A DNA stretch of 64,000 bases from assembly GCA_963662465.1 (NCBI GenBank), contig OY759599.1, positions 544,001 through 608,000 on the forward strand, read 5' to 3'. This document shows, one piece after another, positions 20,234 through 30,426 of this stretch. The DNA comes from Desulfatiglandales bacterium. Its GTDB lineage: Bacteria > Desulfobacterota > DSM-4660 > Desulfatiglandales > Desulfatiglandaceae. The first letter of the stretch is position 1; the number at the start of each line of letters is the position of its first letter. A program made the position numbers and the translations under genes. Below the pieces are notes generated by a model. The model made no database searches. It was given only the letters and a program-made list of their open reading frames with translations, and was not told the origin of the DNA.

Positions 20234-22258
20234 TCACCTGACCACGACTTCCACCCGCCGGTTCTTGGGTTCCGCCACGCCATCGGCGGTTTTGACCAAT
20301 GGATTTCCCTCACCGTGGGATGTGATTTCAATGATTTTAGGATCGACGCCTTTTTTAACCAGAAACTCAGCCACTTTTCCGGCACGCTCCAGGGAAAGCC
20401 CGCGATTGAAATTCTTGGATCCGGTTCGATCCGTATGGCCGGAAATCGTCAAATCCACGGATCTTCGATCTTCGATGGATTTCAGGACCTTTGGGAGCTG
20501 TGCCATGGATTGCGGCGTCAGCACCGTGGTTCCGGTCGTAAAGTAGAGGATGAAGTGAACCGGGGGGGTGGGCTGGGCATTCAGCGCGTCTTTGAAGATC
20601 CTCTTGACTTCCGCTTCATCCATGATGATGGGCGTGCTGGGAACTTCGTCGGCGTTGTTCAATCCTGTGGCTTCAAAGGCCTTGTCCAGGACCTGGGAAC
20701 CTTTTTCACTGGCCACCGTGAGTCGGCCGATATCCCCATCCAGGTCCGGAATGAGGACATACCGGTTTTTGGGGTTCTTGCGGCAGCCTTTTTCGTCAAC
20801 CGCTATGCCTTCCGGTGTGTTCGGACACTGGTCCCGGTAATCCGACACCCCGTCCTTGTCGGTATCCAGCGGGCATCCCCGCGTATCCACTGCAATGCCT
20901 TCGGGCGTTTCAGGGCACTTATCCCGGTAGTCGGGTACGCTGTCCCCGTCCGTATCCAGTGGGCATCCTTCGTCGCCGACAGGCACGCTCTCCGGCGTGC
21001 TGGAGCATTGGTCCCGGTAATTCGGCACCCCGTCCTTGTCCGTATCCAGCGGGCATCCCCGTGTATCCACTGCTACGCCTTCGGGTGTTTCGGGGCACTT
21101 ATCCCGGTAGTCGGGTACGTCGTCCTTATCCGTGTCCTTGACTGGCCTTTTGGGCATGAACATGCCGGATACAGCTTTTGACACGGCTTCATCGCAACTG
21201 TTGTAAAGTTCCGGGGAGAGTGTGGATACCTTGTAATGTTGCACACGATCATCTCCGGTTTGAACTTCCAGATTCAGGTTGCACCCCACATCGTAAAAGG
21301 TCCAAAACAGTTTTGCAAAGGTGATGGAAAGCCTCAGAATCCGGGGCGGTCCGTCCACCAGCATAATGTCCCTTTTGCCCAGTTCCATTTTCAGGAGATC
21401 CAGGGTGCTGTTCCATTGTCCGGCGGTTGCTGAGAATGTCAACACATTGGGCTCCGTTTCCGAAAGCAAAATTCCGTTTTGACCCAGATGTTGCTGGATG
21501 AGTCGGATGACGGCATCGGGCGGCACCGGGCCCGCCACTGTAAATCGGCTTCCTTCCCCATGGCAGGGCACGGAAAAAGAACCCTTCTGATCGTGGGTAG
21601 TGGTGGCGCCGGTCTGTATCTTTCCGGGGGGCTTGGCATTTTTGGATGCTTTTTCCTCTCCGGCTTTTCCCGGACATGCGTCCCGGTAATTGGGCGCTCC
21701 GTCGTCATCCGTATCCAGCGGGCATCCCACATGGTCAACCTCCGCATCCAGGGGCGTACAGGGGCATTGATCCAGAAAATCGGACACACCGTCCCCGTCC
21801 GTATCCAGAGGACAACCTACTTTCTTCACATCCGTCCGGAGAAAACCACTTACCCTGCCCTCACTATCCTTACAAAGATCCAGTTCAAAAACAGTCGCGG
21901 CATTCACCATCACCACCGAGCCCCGCTTTTTCAGTTCCGCCTCGGCCAGGTGGACGGCCGTATCGGTCCATCGGTTCAGGTTCGCCAGCCACTCGTGGGA
22001 CTCCGTGCCGATTTGAATCCAATCGGTGTTGGGTTGTCCATTTTCAAGATTGACAAATCGATCCACTTTGAAGGTTGGATTCAAAATGGTTCCGGAGGCA
22101 ACGGGAATTCCCTTGGGGATGTAGAACCGATCAGGGGCTGTTGCACAGCCGGAAAGGATGATCAACGTCGGCAACAGGGTGCTCAGCGTGAACAGGTTTT
22201 GAAGATAGCGATTGAAATGCTTTGGAATATTCGATTTACGGTTTAAAACGGAGATCAT
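20234..22258 (-). CDS. Lipoprotein with thrombospondin type-3 repeats and C-terminal OmpA domain
   Basis: Lipobox LSGC; repeated GCPLDTDxDGVxDYRDxCP; GHTDRTG...NRRVEV. Confidence 0.88.
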   Translation of the reverse strand: MISVLNRKSNIPKHFNRYLQNLFTLSTLLPTLIILSGCATAPDRFYIPKGIPVASGTILNPTFKVDRFVNLENGQPNTDWIQIGTESHEWLANLNRWTDTAVHLAEAELKKRGSVVMVNAATVFELDLCKDSEGRVSGFLRTDVKKVGCPLDTDGDGVSDFLDQCPCTPLDAEVDHVGCPLDTDDDGAPNYRDACPGKAGEEKASKNAKPPGKIQTGATTTHDQKGSFSVPCHGEGSRFTVAGPVPPDAVIRLIQQHLGQNGILLSETEPNVLTFSATAGQWNSTLDLLKMELGKRDIMLVDGPPRILRLSITFAKLFWTFYDVGCNLNLEVQTGDDRVQHYKVSTLSPELYNSCDEAVSKAVSGMFMPKRPVKDTDKDDVPDYRDKCPETPEGVAVDTRGCPLDTDKDGVPNYRDQCSSTPESVPVGDEGCPLDTDGDSVPDYRDKCPETPEGIAVDTRGCPLDTDKDGVSDYRDQCPNTPEGIAVDEKGCRKNPKNRYVLIPDLDGDIGRLTVASEKGSQVLDKAFEATGLNNADEVPSTPIIMDEAEVKRIFKDALNAQPTPPVHFILYFTTGTTVLTPQSMAQLPKVLKSIEDRRSVDLTISGHTDRTGSKNFNRGLSLERAGKVAEFLVKKGVDPKIIEITSHGEGNPLVKTADGVAEPKNRRVEVVVR
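20780..21138 (-). repeat. Intragenic ~90-bp tandem repeats (4 TSP3 units)
   Basis: 30-aa units; units 1 and 3 almost identical (PDYRDKCPETPEG.AVDTRGCPL). Boundaries approximate. Confidence 0.85.
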
Positions 22259-22277
22259 CAGATCCCTCCGTAGGGTT

Positions 22278-22859
22278 TCATGGGTTTTGAGATATCAACA
22301 ACCACAGCCCGCCTTCCTCGATGATGGCGCTTTGGTTTTCCATGCCCGTTTCCGAGACCATTTCTTCCAGATTTTTGCGGGAAAGCCATTTTTTTCCCAA
22401 CCGGTAGTTGAGGTCCTTGGATTCCTCTGCAATGGGTGAAATAATTTCTTCCGGCGTAACCGGACCATATCCTCCACCCAAGAGGGCATGTCCCCCGGGT
22501 TGCAGAATGCGGCAGCTCTCTTTGATGATGTGGGGGGTGAGAAAGAAAAAGGCCCCCCGGCAGATCACCAGGTTGAAGGTCGGCAACAGGGGGAGATGCT
22601 CCAGCCGTGAAATCAGCATGGGGCAGGGAGCGCGAAATGAGGCTTGAATGGCCTTGGCTACTCCTGATTCTTCCAGGGCGATGGCGCCCTTTAGTGTGGG
22701 ATGGCGTTTCAGCAGGGAAGTGATGATGCCCCCGGAAAATGGACCGATTTCCAATACACGCGCATCTTTTTTGGGCAACCGATTTTCAATCCATCGGGCC
22801 AGGTAGGGATAAACCGGTTCCCAGAGCAGGTTCAAGCGGGTAATAAGTTCAGTATCCAT
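22278..22859 (-). CDS. Class I SAM-dependent methyltransferase
   Basis: VLEIGPFSGG, FNLVICRGAFFF, LQPGG. Confidence 0.75.
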   Translation of the reverse strand: MDTELITRLNLLWEPVYPYLARWIENRLPKKDARVLEIGPFSGGIITSLLKRHPTLKGAIALEESGVAKAIQASFRAPCPMLISRLEHLPLLPTFNLVICRGAFFFLTPHIIKESCRILQPGGHALLGGGYGPVTPEEIISPIAEESKDLNYRLGKKWLSRKNLEEMVSETGMENQSAIIEEGGLWLLISQNP

Positions 22860-23047
22860 TCGAATATTTTTCCTAGAATATGAAAATGAGTTTGCCTATT
22901 TCAGCGGCAAAAAATATACTTACTTCCTGCGGATTATACGGGTTTTGGTTTTCAAACGCCACAACTTGTTGAGCATTTTTTTGCAGGTTTTAATGAAATT
23001 ACATTAAGCTGCCGGTTTCGCTGCGGGAACCAGGTGATAAGGTACTA

Positions 23048-24439
23048 ATGGAGCAAATAATGATCAACGCATCGTCCGTTGCACGGGAAGCATTTTTTTC
23101 ATATCTGGAGAAAATATTTTTAATTTCATCGGATGATATCAAGCTGATGATTGAAAGTTTTCATGCTGAAATGCACAAAGGTCTCTTGGGCCATGAAAGT
23201 TCCCTTAAGATGATCCCTTCATTTGTGGACAAACCCAAAGGGAATGAAACGGGAGAATTTATGGCGCTGGACCTGGGCGGTACCAATTTCAGGGTGCTGG
23301 CCGTCAAGCTGGATGGGAAGGGGACCGCCGGTATTACGGCCGTCAGTAAATTCGCTGTTCCCCAAAAGGGAATGCAGGGAACGGGGGTGCAGCTTTTTGA
23401 TTTCATTGCCGGATGTATCGATGTCTTTTTAAACGAAAATCATATGGATAGGGGAAAAAACCATGATCTCGCCTTCACCTTTTCCTTTCCGGTAGCGCAG
23501 ACCGGCATTGCCGCCGGTAAGCTGATCGTTTGGACAAAAGGGTTTACGGCCAGGGGGGTACAGGGTGAAGATGTGGTCATGCTCTTAAACGAAGCGTTGC
23601 GGCGGAAGGGAATCGACTGTATTACCGTAACAGCCCTGGCCAATGATACCGTCGGTACTCTGGTTGCGAGAAGCTATACCGACCCCGGATGTGACATGGG
23701 GGTTATCATGGGGACCGGAACCAATGCGTGTTATCGGGAAAAAATTTTAAATATTCGGAAATTAAAGGGACCTGATCCCGATGGGTATATGATTCTCAAT
23801 ATAGAATGGGGTAATTTCGATAAAGTGCGGCTTACCTTTTACGACCATATGCTGGATAAGGCATCGGTAAATCCAGGGACCATGTATCTGGAAAAAATGG
23901 TGTCCGGTATGTACTTAGGAGAGATCACAAGGCTTGTTTTAATGGATTTGATAAATAGAGACCTCATATTCTCGGATGAGCCGGAGGCCGCGCAATATTT
24001 CAATGTGAAAGGGTCATTGAAAACAGAGGATATGTCCCTGATTGAAGGAGATGAAACCGAAACCCTTTCTGAAATAGACGCATTTCTTGAAACCAAAGGG
24101 ATTTTAAACAGACCTCTTCACGATAGAAATTTGTTGAAACGCCTTTGCCGGATGGTATCGGCCAGGGCGGCAGGCCTCGGGGCAGGGGCCATGGCATCGG
24201 TACTGACCTGGATCGATCCGCAATTGAAAAAAGCGCACACGGTTGGCGTTGACGGGTCACTTTTTGAAAAATACCCCGGATTTCGAACCAAAATAACGGA
24301 TATGTTTAAGGTTCTGTACGGGGAAAATGCAAAAAAAATAACCCTGGTTCATTCCAGGGATGGCTCCGGCATAGGCGCCGCCATCATTGCCGCCGTCGCC
24401 GCACGCCTGGAAAGCATGAAATGTGAAAGGAGAATTTAA
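23048..24439 (+). CDS. Hexokinase (eukaryote-like Hexokinase_1/2 family)
   Basis: LKMIPSFV, ALDLGGTNFRV, FTFSFP, WTKGF, NDTVGTL, GTGTNACY, NIEWG, EKMVSGMYLGE, DGSGIGAA. Confidence 0.93.
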   Translation: MEQIMINASSVAREAFFSYLEKIFLISSDDIKLMIESFHAEMHKGLLGHESSLKMIPSFVDKPKGNETGEFMALDLGGTNFRVLAVKLDGKGTAGITAVSKFAVPQKGMQGTGVQLFDFIAGCIDVFLNENHMDRGKNHDLAFTFSFPVAQTGIAAGKLIVWTKGFTARGVQGEDVVMLLNEALRRKGIDCITVTALANDTVGTLVARSYTDPGCDMGVIMGTGTNACYREKILNIRKLKGPDPDGYMILNIEWGNFDKVRLTFYDHMLDKASVNPGTMYLEKMVSGMYLGEITRLVLMDLINRDLIFSDEPEAAQYFNVKGSLKTEDMSLIEGDETETLSEIDAFLETKGILNRPLHDRNLLKRLCRMVSARAAGLGAGAMASVLTWIDPQLKKAHTVGVDGSLFEKYPGFRTKITDMFKVLYGENAKKITLVHSRDGSGIGAAIIAAVAARLESMKCERRI

Positions 24440-26061
24440 TGACGTTTGATCATTTGGCCGGAAATCCGGCGCCGGAATCCATGTTGGAAAATATTCCCGG
24501 GCTGGTATCTTCCTATTATACCGGTGAAGCGACGGGACAGGTTTCTTTCGGTACATCAGGACACCGGGGATCTGCCTTGAAAGGAACCTTCAACGAATTG
24601 CACGTGGCCGCCATGGCACAGGCTATTTGTGATTATCGATGGGAAAAAGGACGTAAAGGACCGCTGTTCATGGGGTTTGATACCCATGCGCTTTCAACGC
24701 CCGCGTTTCGCACCGCCCTCGAAGTTTTTGCGGCCAATGGCGTGGAGACGATTATTCATAACCAGGATGAATTTACCCCGACCCCGGTGATTTCCTTTTT
24801 GATTGTAAGGTATAATCGGGGCAATTCGAACAAAAGGGCCGACGGCGTGGTGATCACCCCTTCCCATAACCCGCCCCGGGACGGGGGCTTCAAGTATAAC
24901 CCCCCCCATGGCGGGCCGGCCGATGTCACTGAAACCTCTTGGATCGAGGTGCGGGCCAACCAGCTCATGGGGCCGGAAAAAGCCCATATCAAACGGTTCC
25001 CCTATGAAAAGGCCTATGTGGCTTCGACGACCCACAAAGAGGATTTCATCACGCCCTTTGTCAAAGCCCTCGATCAGGTGGTTGACATGAAAGCCATCCG
25101 GGAGGCCGGGGTACGAATGGGCGTGGATCCCATGGGAGGATCCGGCGTTCATTACTGGCGGGTGATCGCTGAAACCTATCAGTTGAATATGGAAGTCGTT
25201 AATCCCCGCGTCGATCCGGCGTTCGGGTTTATGCCCCTGGACTGGGATGGGGAAATCCGTATGGATTGTTCATCCCCCTGTGCAATGGCAAACCTCATTG
25301 CCCTTGCGGATCATTTTGATGTGGCCTGGGGGAACGACCCGGATTTCGATCGCCACGGGATTGTATGTCCCACGGGGCTCATGAACCCCAATCATTATCT
25401 CTCCGTGGCCATCTGGTACCTGTTGCGGCATCGTCCATCGTGGCGTTCCGGTCTCAAAATCGGCAAAACCCTGGTCAGCAGCACCATGATTGACCGGGTG
25501 GTCCAGGACCTGGGTCGAAGCCTTTATGAGGTTCCCGTGGGATTCAAATGGTTCGTGGACGGCCTTTTGAAGGGAGAACTGGCTTTCGGCGGGGAGGAAA
25601 GTGCGGGCGCCTCTTTTCTCAGGATGGACGGCCTCCCGTGGTGTACGGACAAGGACGGATTTTCGGCGGGTCTTCTTTCGGCGGAAATCATCGCCAGAAC
25701 GGGAAAAACACCCGCTGAGATCTATGAGACGGTTCTGGTTCCGAAACATGGCGCGCCCTTTTACAAAAGGGCCGACGGCCCCATTTCGGATGTGCAACGA
25801 CAGATCTTGAAAAATCTTACGCCCGATTCCGTCAAAGTCTCTTCCGTGGCTGGGCTGCCCATTGCATCCATTGCCACCACGGCGGCTGGAAATGGGGCGT
25901 CCATCGGGGGGGTGAAAGTGACCCTGGAAGATGGGTCCTGGTTTGCCATTCGCCCATCCGGGACCGAGCCCAAAATGAAGGTCTACGTGGAGAGCTTTGC
26001 CGGAGAAGTTCTCTGGCAAAAGATTTACAACGAAGTCCACGGTTGTATCTTCTGCCGGTAA
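24439..26061 (+). CDS. pgm: Phosphoglucomutase (alpha-D-glucose-1,6-bisphosphate dependent)
   Basis: FGTSGHRG, ITPSHNPP, NDPDFDRHG, GGEESAG, RPSGTEP. Confidence 0.95.
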   Translation: MTFDHLAGNPAPESMLENIPGLVSSYYTGEATGQVSFGTSGHRGSALKGTFNELHVAAMAQAICDYRWEKGRKGPLFMGFDTHALSTPAFRTALEVFAANGVETIIHNQDEFTPTPVISFLIVRYNRGNSNKRADGVVITPSHNPPRDGGFKYNPPHGGPADVTETSWIEVRANQLMGPEKAHIKRFPYEKAYVASTTHKEDFITPFVKALDQVVDMKAIREAGVRMGVDPMGGSGVHYWRVIAETYQLNMEVVNPRVDPAFGFMPLDWDGEIRMDCSSPCAMANLIALADHFDVAWGNDPDFDRHGIVCPTGLMNPNHYLSVAIWYLLRHRPSWRSGLKIGKTLVSSTMIDRVVQDLGRSLYEVPVGFKWFVDGLLKGELAFGGEESAGASFLRMDGLPWCTDKDGFSAGLLSAEIIARTGKTPAEIYETVLVPKHGAPFYKRADGPISDVQRQILKNLTPDSVKVSSVAGLPIASIATTAAGNGASIGGVKVTLEDGSWFAIRPSGTEPKMKVYVESFAGEVLWQKIYNEVHGCIFCR

Positions 26062-26130
26062 CCGGTATGAACGCGTCACTTGTTACTCGCCGCTTGCCTA
26101 GCGGAATTCACGGATTGATGGGAGGTAGAA

Positions 26131-27396
26131 ATGCTGTATCGTACGGTGGAAAAAACAGGAGACCGGTTGTCAATATTAGGATTCGGATGTATGCGTCTTC
26201 CCCAGAAGCGGGGACAGCCGGGCAGCGGCAGAATTGACGAAGACCGTGCTCGAAAGCAGATTCGTCATGCCATCGATCAGGGGGTCAACTATATCGATAC
26301 GGCTATGCCCTATCATGCGGGGGGCAGTGAGCCCTTTTTAGGGCGTACGCTGAGTGATGGCTATCGCGAAAAAGTCAAACTGGCCACGAAACTGCCGCCC
26401 TGGTCCGTGAAATCCCGGGGAGACATGGATCAACTCCTGAGAGCGCAGACGGATCATCTCAAGACCGACCATATCGACTATTATCTGCTTCATGCTCTCG
26501 AACGTAGAAGCTGGGAAAAATTAAAACGCCTCGGCGTGCTGGAATTTCTGGACCAGGCCAAAAGGGACGGGCTTATTTTAAATGCGGGTTTCTCTTTCCA
26601 CGGCGATCTGGAAGTGTTTAAAGAAATTGTGGATGTCTATGAGTGGACGTTCTGCCAGATCCAGTACAATTATCTTGATGAACAGAACCAAGCCGGCACC
26701 GAGGGACTTCGGTATGCATCGGAAAGACGGCTGGCGGTGATGGTGATGGAGCCGCTTCGGGGCGGCAATCTGGCACGCCCGGCGCCGCCGCGAATTCAGG
26801 CCCTGTGGGATCAGGCCGGAACAAAACGGACGCCTGCGGAGTGGGCCCTGCGCTGGGTGTGGAATCACCCCGAGGTGACTGTGGTGCTTTCGGGAATGAA
26901 CCATGAAAGGCATATTGAAGAAAATCTGCGCATTGCGGGTGAGGGTTATCCTGAATCCTTGACGGACGGGGAATTACACTTGATCGGCAGGGTCGAAGAA
27001 ACCTATCGAGGATTGACCAAGGCCGCTTGCACCGGTTGTCGTTACTGTATGCCCTGTCCGTCGGGTGTGGATATCCCTCTGTGTTTTGAACTTTATAACC
27101 GAAAGCATTTGTTCGATGATACAAAATGGGCCAACATCGTTTACCTGACCCGACTGGCTGGAGGCGAGGGGGAAGCGCCGTCATTGGCTTCCCTGTGCGA
27201 GCATTGTGGAAAATGCGAAAAGGCATGTCCTCAGCATCTTCCCATCCAGTCGCTCCTGGAGGATGTGGCGGAGGATTTTGAGGGGTGGACGTTGAAGCCC
27301 ATGGTATGGGCAACCCATAAATTTTTTGCGTTTCAAAGGTGGTCCAGCGTGCGAAGGGCACAAAAAATGGCAAAACGAAAACAGCCGGCGGTTTAA
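26131..27396 (+). CDS. Aldo/keto reductase with C-terminal 4Fe-4S domain
   Basis: LGFGCMRLP, YIDTA, LATKLP, CTGCRYCMPCP, CEHCGKCEKACPQ. Confidence 0.92.
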   Translation: MLYRTVEKTGDRLSILGFGCMRLPQKRGQPGSGRIDEDRARKQIRHAIDQGVNYIDTAMPYHAGGSEPFLGRTLSDGYREKVKLATKLPPWSVKSRGDMDQLLRAQTDHLKTDHIDYYLLHALERRSWEKLKRLGVLEFLDQAKRDGLILNAGFSFHGDLEVFKEIVDVYEWTFCQIQYNYLDEQNQAGTEGLRYASERRLAVMVMEPLRGGNLARPAPPRIQALWDQAGTKRTPAEWALRWVWNHPEVTVVLSGMNHERHIEENLRIAGEGYPESLTDGELHLIGRVEETYRGLTKAACTGCRYCMPCPSGVDIPLCFELYNRKHLFDDTKWANIVYLTRLAGGEGEAPSLASLCEHCGKCEKACPQHLPIQSLLEDVAEDFEGWTLKPMVWATHKFFAFQRWSSVRRAQKMAKRKQPAV

Positions 27397-27497
27397 AGGG
27401 GTCACTCAAAAATAACGTCACACCCATAATCAAAGAAGAAGATAGCCGGTTTAGCGCCATAATTTTCTGTCACCTTGACGATGGAGGCTTCCAGACT

Positions 27498-29279
27498 ATG
27501 ATTAAATTTCCCTACGGAATGGCAGATTTCCGAAAAATCATCACCCAGGGCTATTTTTACCGGGACCGCACCGGAGCCATCCCATTACTGGAGCGGGCGG
27601 AATCAATTCTTTTTATCCGCCCCCGTCGCTTCGGCAAGAGTCTGCTGTTGTCTATGCTGGAGAACTACTATGATATCGCCCGCAAGGATGTGTTTGAGGC
27701 CCTGTTCGGGCATCTGGCCATCGGCCAAAACCCCACCCCTTACCGCAATGGGTATTTCATTTTGCGCCTGGATTTCTCGTGTGTTGATCCCACCGGTACA
27801 CCGGATGAGGTGAAACGTTCCCTGTACAATCACATCAATGCCGGCATTGAAGATTCAGTCCAGACCTACAGGTCCGCGGGTTTTGATCTTCCGGGGGTCG
27901 CCATCGACCGTTCCGACGCTTTGTATTCCATTCGATCGTTTATTTCGGCTGTTAAAACCCTCGCGCATCCCGTCTATCTCCTGATCGACGAGTACGACAA
28001 TTTCGCTAATACCATCATGATGTTGCCCCTTGCTGATGCCACGGATCTCTACAAGGCCCTGGTGCATGACGAAGGGGTGTTGCGAACGGTGTTCAAGGCC
28101 ATCAAATCTTCCACGGGTGGAAGCATGTTCGACCGGGTGTTCATCACGGGCGTGTCGCCGGTGGTGTTGAGCGACATCACCAGCGGGTACAATATTGCGG
28201 AGAACCTCTATTTCGAGCCGGAGTTTGGAGATTTGTGCGGGTTCCTGGAAGAGGAAGTGCTGGAAACCCTGAACCGAATCGCCAAAGATTGCGGCCTGGG
28301 AGAGGAAAAGACCCGGGAGGCGCTGTTGATGATGCGCACCTATTACAATGGCTACAATTTCGTTCCCCGTGGCCACGGCATGGTGTATAATCCTACCCTT
28401 TGTCTCTATTTTTTCAAGCAGTTTCAGAAGTTGTGCGAATATCCCCGTAAGATGCTGGATGCCAATCTGGCCGTGGATGATTCTAAATTGGAATACGTGG
28501 CCGGGATACCCGGTGGTCGGGAGCTGATCCTTTCCCTGGTGGAAAAAGGGTGCGAAGTTGCCGTACCCGATATCGAGGACCGATTCGGATTGAGTGAAAT
28601 GCTTTCGGACCACTCCAAGGACAAGACCTTTATCGCCTCTTTCCTGTACTATTTCGGTGTTCTCACCCTGTCGGGAGAAACGGACAAGGGGGAACTGGTG
28701 CTGAAGGTTCCCAATCTGGTGATGCAGGGGCTGTATGTGGAGCGGGTACAGCGGATGATGCTCCCGGACCCCGTGATCCGGGACCGGGGTCTGGATGCGG
28801 CCAAGCGGGTTTACCAATACGGCGAGATGGCGCCGGTATGCGCCTTTGTGGAAGAAGCTTATTTTCCGGTCTTCAAAAACCGGGATTATGCCCAGGCCAA
28901 CGAGCTGACCTTGAAAACCTGCTTTCTGACCCTGCTGTACAACGACATTTTGTACATCATGGATTCCGAACCGGAACTGACGCGCCGGTACGCGGACCTG
29001 ACCATGATCATCCGGCCGGACAAGCGCTATTTGACTCTCTTTGATGTGTTGATCGAGTTCAAATTCCTGAGCCTGAAGGAACTGAGCCTTTCAGGAGAAG
29101 CTATCCGCGCCATGCCCCGCAAGGAACTCTATGCCCTGCCGCAGGTCAAACAGGCCCTGGAGGAGGGAACGGCCCAGGTTATGGATTACGGAAATCGCTT
29201 GGTCGGCCGATACCGGGACTTACGGCTCAAACGGTTTGTGGTGGTGGCTTTGGGGTTTGAGCGGGTCTGTTACCAGTGA
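27498..29279 (+). CDS. AAA-ATPase-like + PD-(D/E)XK nuclease-domain protein
   Basis: PYGMADF, RPRRFGKSL, LIDEYD, FITGVSP, YNGY, YNP, C-terminal YADL...IEFK. Confidence 0.88.
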   Translation: MIKFPYGMADFRKIITQGYFYRDRTGAIPLLERAESILFIRPRRFGKSLLLSMLENYYDIARKDVFEALFGHLAIGQNPTPYRNGYFILRLDFSCVDPTGTPDEVKRSLYNHINAGIEDSVQTYRSAGFDLPGVAIDRSDALYSIRSFISAVKTLAHPVYLLIDEYDNFANTIMMLPLADATDLYKALVHDEGVLRTVFKAIKSSTGGSMFDRVFITGVSPVVLSDITSGYNIAENLYFEPEFGDLCGFLEEEVLETLNRIAKDCGLGEEKTREALLMMRTYYNGYNFVPRGHGMVYNPTLCLYFFKQFQKLCEYPRKMLDANLAVDDSKLEYVAGIPGGRELILSLVEKGCEVAVPDIEDRFGLSEMLSDHSKDKTFIASFLYYFGVLTLSGETDKGELVLKVPNLVMQGLYVERVQRMMLPDPVIRDRGLDAAKRVYQYGEMAPVCAFVEEAYFPVFKNRDYAQANELTLKTCFLTLLYNDILYIMDSEPELTRRYADLTMIIRPDKRYLTLFDVLIEFKFLSLKELSLSGEAIRAMPRKELYALPQVKQALEEGTAQVMDYGNRLVGRYRDLRLKRFVVVALGFERVCYQ

Positions 29280-29350
29280 ATCCGGTCATTTTTTTATTCC
29301 CTCCCCAGGTCAAAAAATGATAGGACCCGCAGTTTGCCGGTCAGGGTGCG

Positions 29351-29722
29351 TCAGATCCTTCGAAAACAAAAACGTTTCGCGGACCGGGCCATCCATATTC
29401 CCAGCATCACGCCCAGGCCGTTGGCCGCCATGTCTGCCACTGAAAAAGACCTGCCAGGAACATAGACTTGTAAAAATTCCAAACCGATACCCAGGAGAAC
29501 CATGCACAAGGCGCCCGTAAGGGCTGATTTCGGGGTCGGGAAGGCAAAAAAAGAGAGGGTGGCAAGCCATAGGTAGGCCAGAAGGTGGGCGACCTTGTCC
29601 GCGTTGGAAAAATCATATGGCATTTCCAGCCGGGGAGAGAGCGACAGATAGATAACTATCGCAACGGATGCAACCCACAGTACCAGGGTCATTTGCTGTA
29701 ATCTGGATTTTTGAAGGATCAT
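29351..29722 (-). CDS. VanZ-family membrane protein
   Basis: DKVAHLLAY, EFLQVYVPGRSFSVADMAAN.LG. Confidence 0.9.
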   Translation of the reverse strand: MILQKSRLQQMTLVLWVASVAIVIYLSLSPRLEMPYDFSNADKVAHLLAYLWLATLSFFAFPTPKSALTGALCMVLLGIGLEFLQVYVPGRSFSVADMAANGLGVMLGIWMARSAKRFCFRRI

Positions 29723-29733
29723 GGCATATCGGG

Positions 29734-29768
29734 GTTTTAAGTTTTAAGTTTTAGGTTTTAAGTTTTAA
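29734..29768 (+). repeat. (GTTTTAA) heptamer tandem repeat, 5 units
   Basis: GTTTTAA GTTTTAA GTTTTAG GTTTTAA GTTTTAA. Confidence 0.9.
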
Positions 29769-29852
29769 GTTGAAAAAAACAAAGCTATATCATATAGTTG
29801 TAAAGTTCTAGCGAAAATTGGAAAACTATATTTGGAGGTTTTTGTTTAGTTG

Positions 29853-30383
29853 CTATTTTAGAAAGAGGGGCAGGCCCGCCACGGTCATGACTACTTTGTC
29901 GGCTGCCGCCGCCATTTTTTGGTTCAGAAACCCGGCCATATCTCGATATTGCCGGCCTAAGGGGTGCTCCGGGACGATACCCATTCCCACCTCATTGGAT
30001 ACGATGATGATTGATTTCCGGGTTCGGGCCAAGGCTTCAATAAGCCTGTTTTGGTAGGTCAGGACCTTGTCTTCACCCTGTTTCAGGAGAACGTTGCTTA
30101 ACCAGATGGTCATGCAGTCAATGAGGACCGCATCCACGTCCCGGCAATCCGTTTCCAGCACATCCGCAATCTCAAGCGGCTCTTCCCTCAGTTTCCATTG
30201 GGGGCCTCGGGCGTCCTTGTGCAGTCGGACCCTGTCCGCCATTTCATCATCCATGATTTCGGCGGTTGCCAGGAATATATAGGATTCGTAATGTTTTTCG
30301 GTGTATTCAAGGGCCCAGGAACTTTTTCCGCTTCGGGCGCCGCCCAACACCAGTACGATCTCTTTATGCGTTGAACGGGTCAT
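29853..30383 (-). CDS. cobU: Bifunctional adenosylcobinamide kinase/guanylyltransferase
   Basis: LGGARSGKS, YIFLATA, LIDCMTIWLSN, VSNEVGMGIVP, VAGLP. Confidence 0.95.
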   Translation of the reverse strand: MTRSTHKEIVLVLGGARSGKSSWALEYTEKHYESYIFLATAEIMDDEMADRVRLHKDARGPQWKLREEPLEIADVLETDCRDVDAVLIDCMTIWLSNVLLKQGEDKVLTYQNRLIEALARTRKSIIIVSNEVGMGIVPEHPLGRQYRDMAGFLNQKMAAAADKVVMTVAGLPLFLK

Positions 30384-30426
30384 TTTTGATTAGTGCCTTC
30401 ATGCTGTTGATGTCCGATTTTATTTC

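Noticed and set aside
20780..21138. Periodic repeats as a possible CRISPR
   Set aside because: In-frame coding TSP3 repeats with no unique spacers
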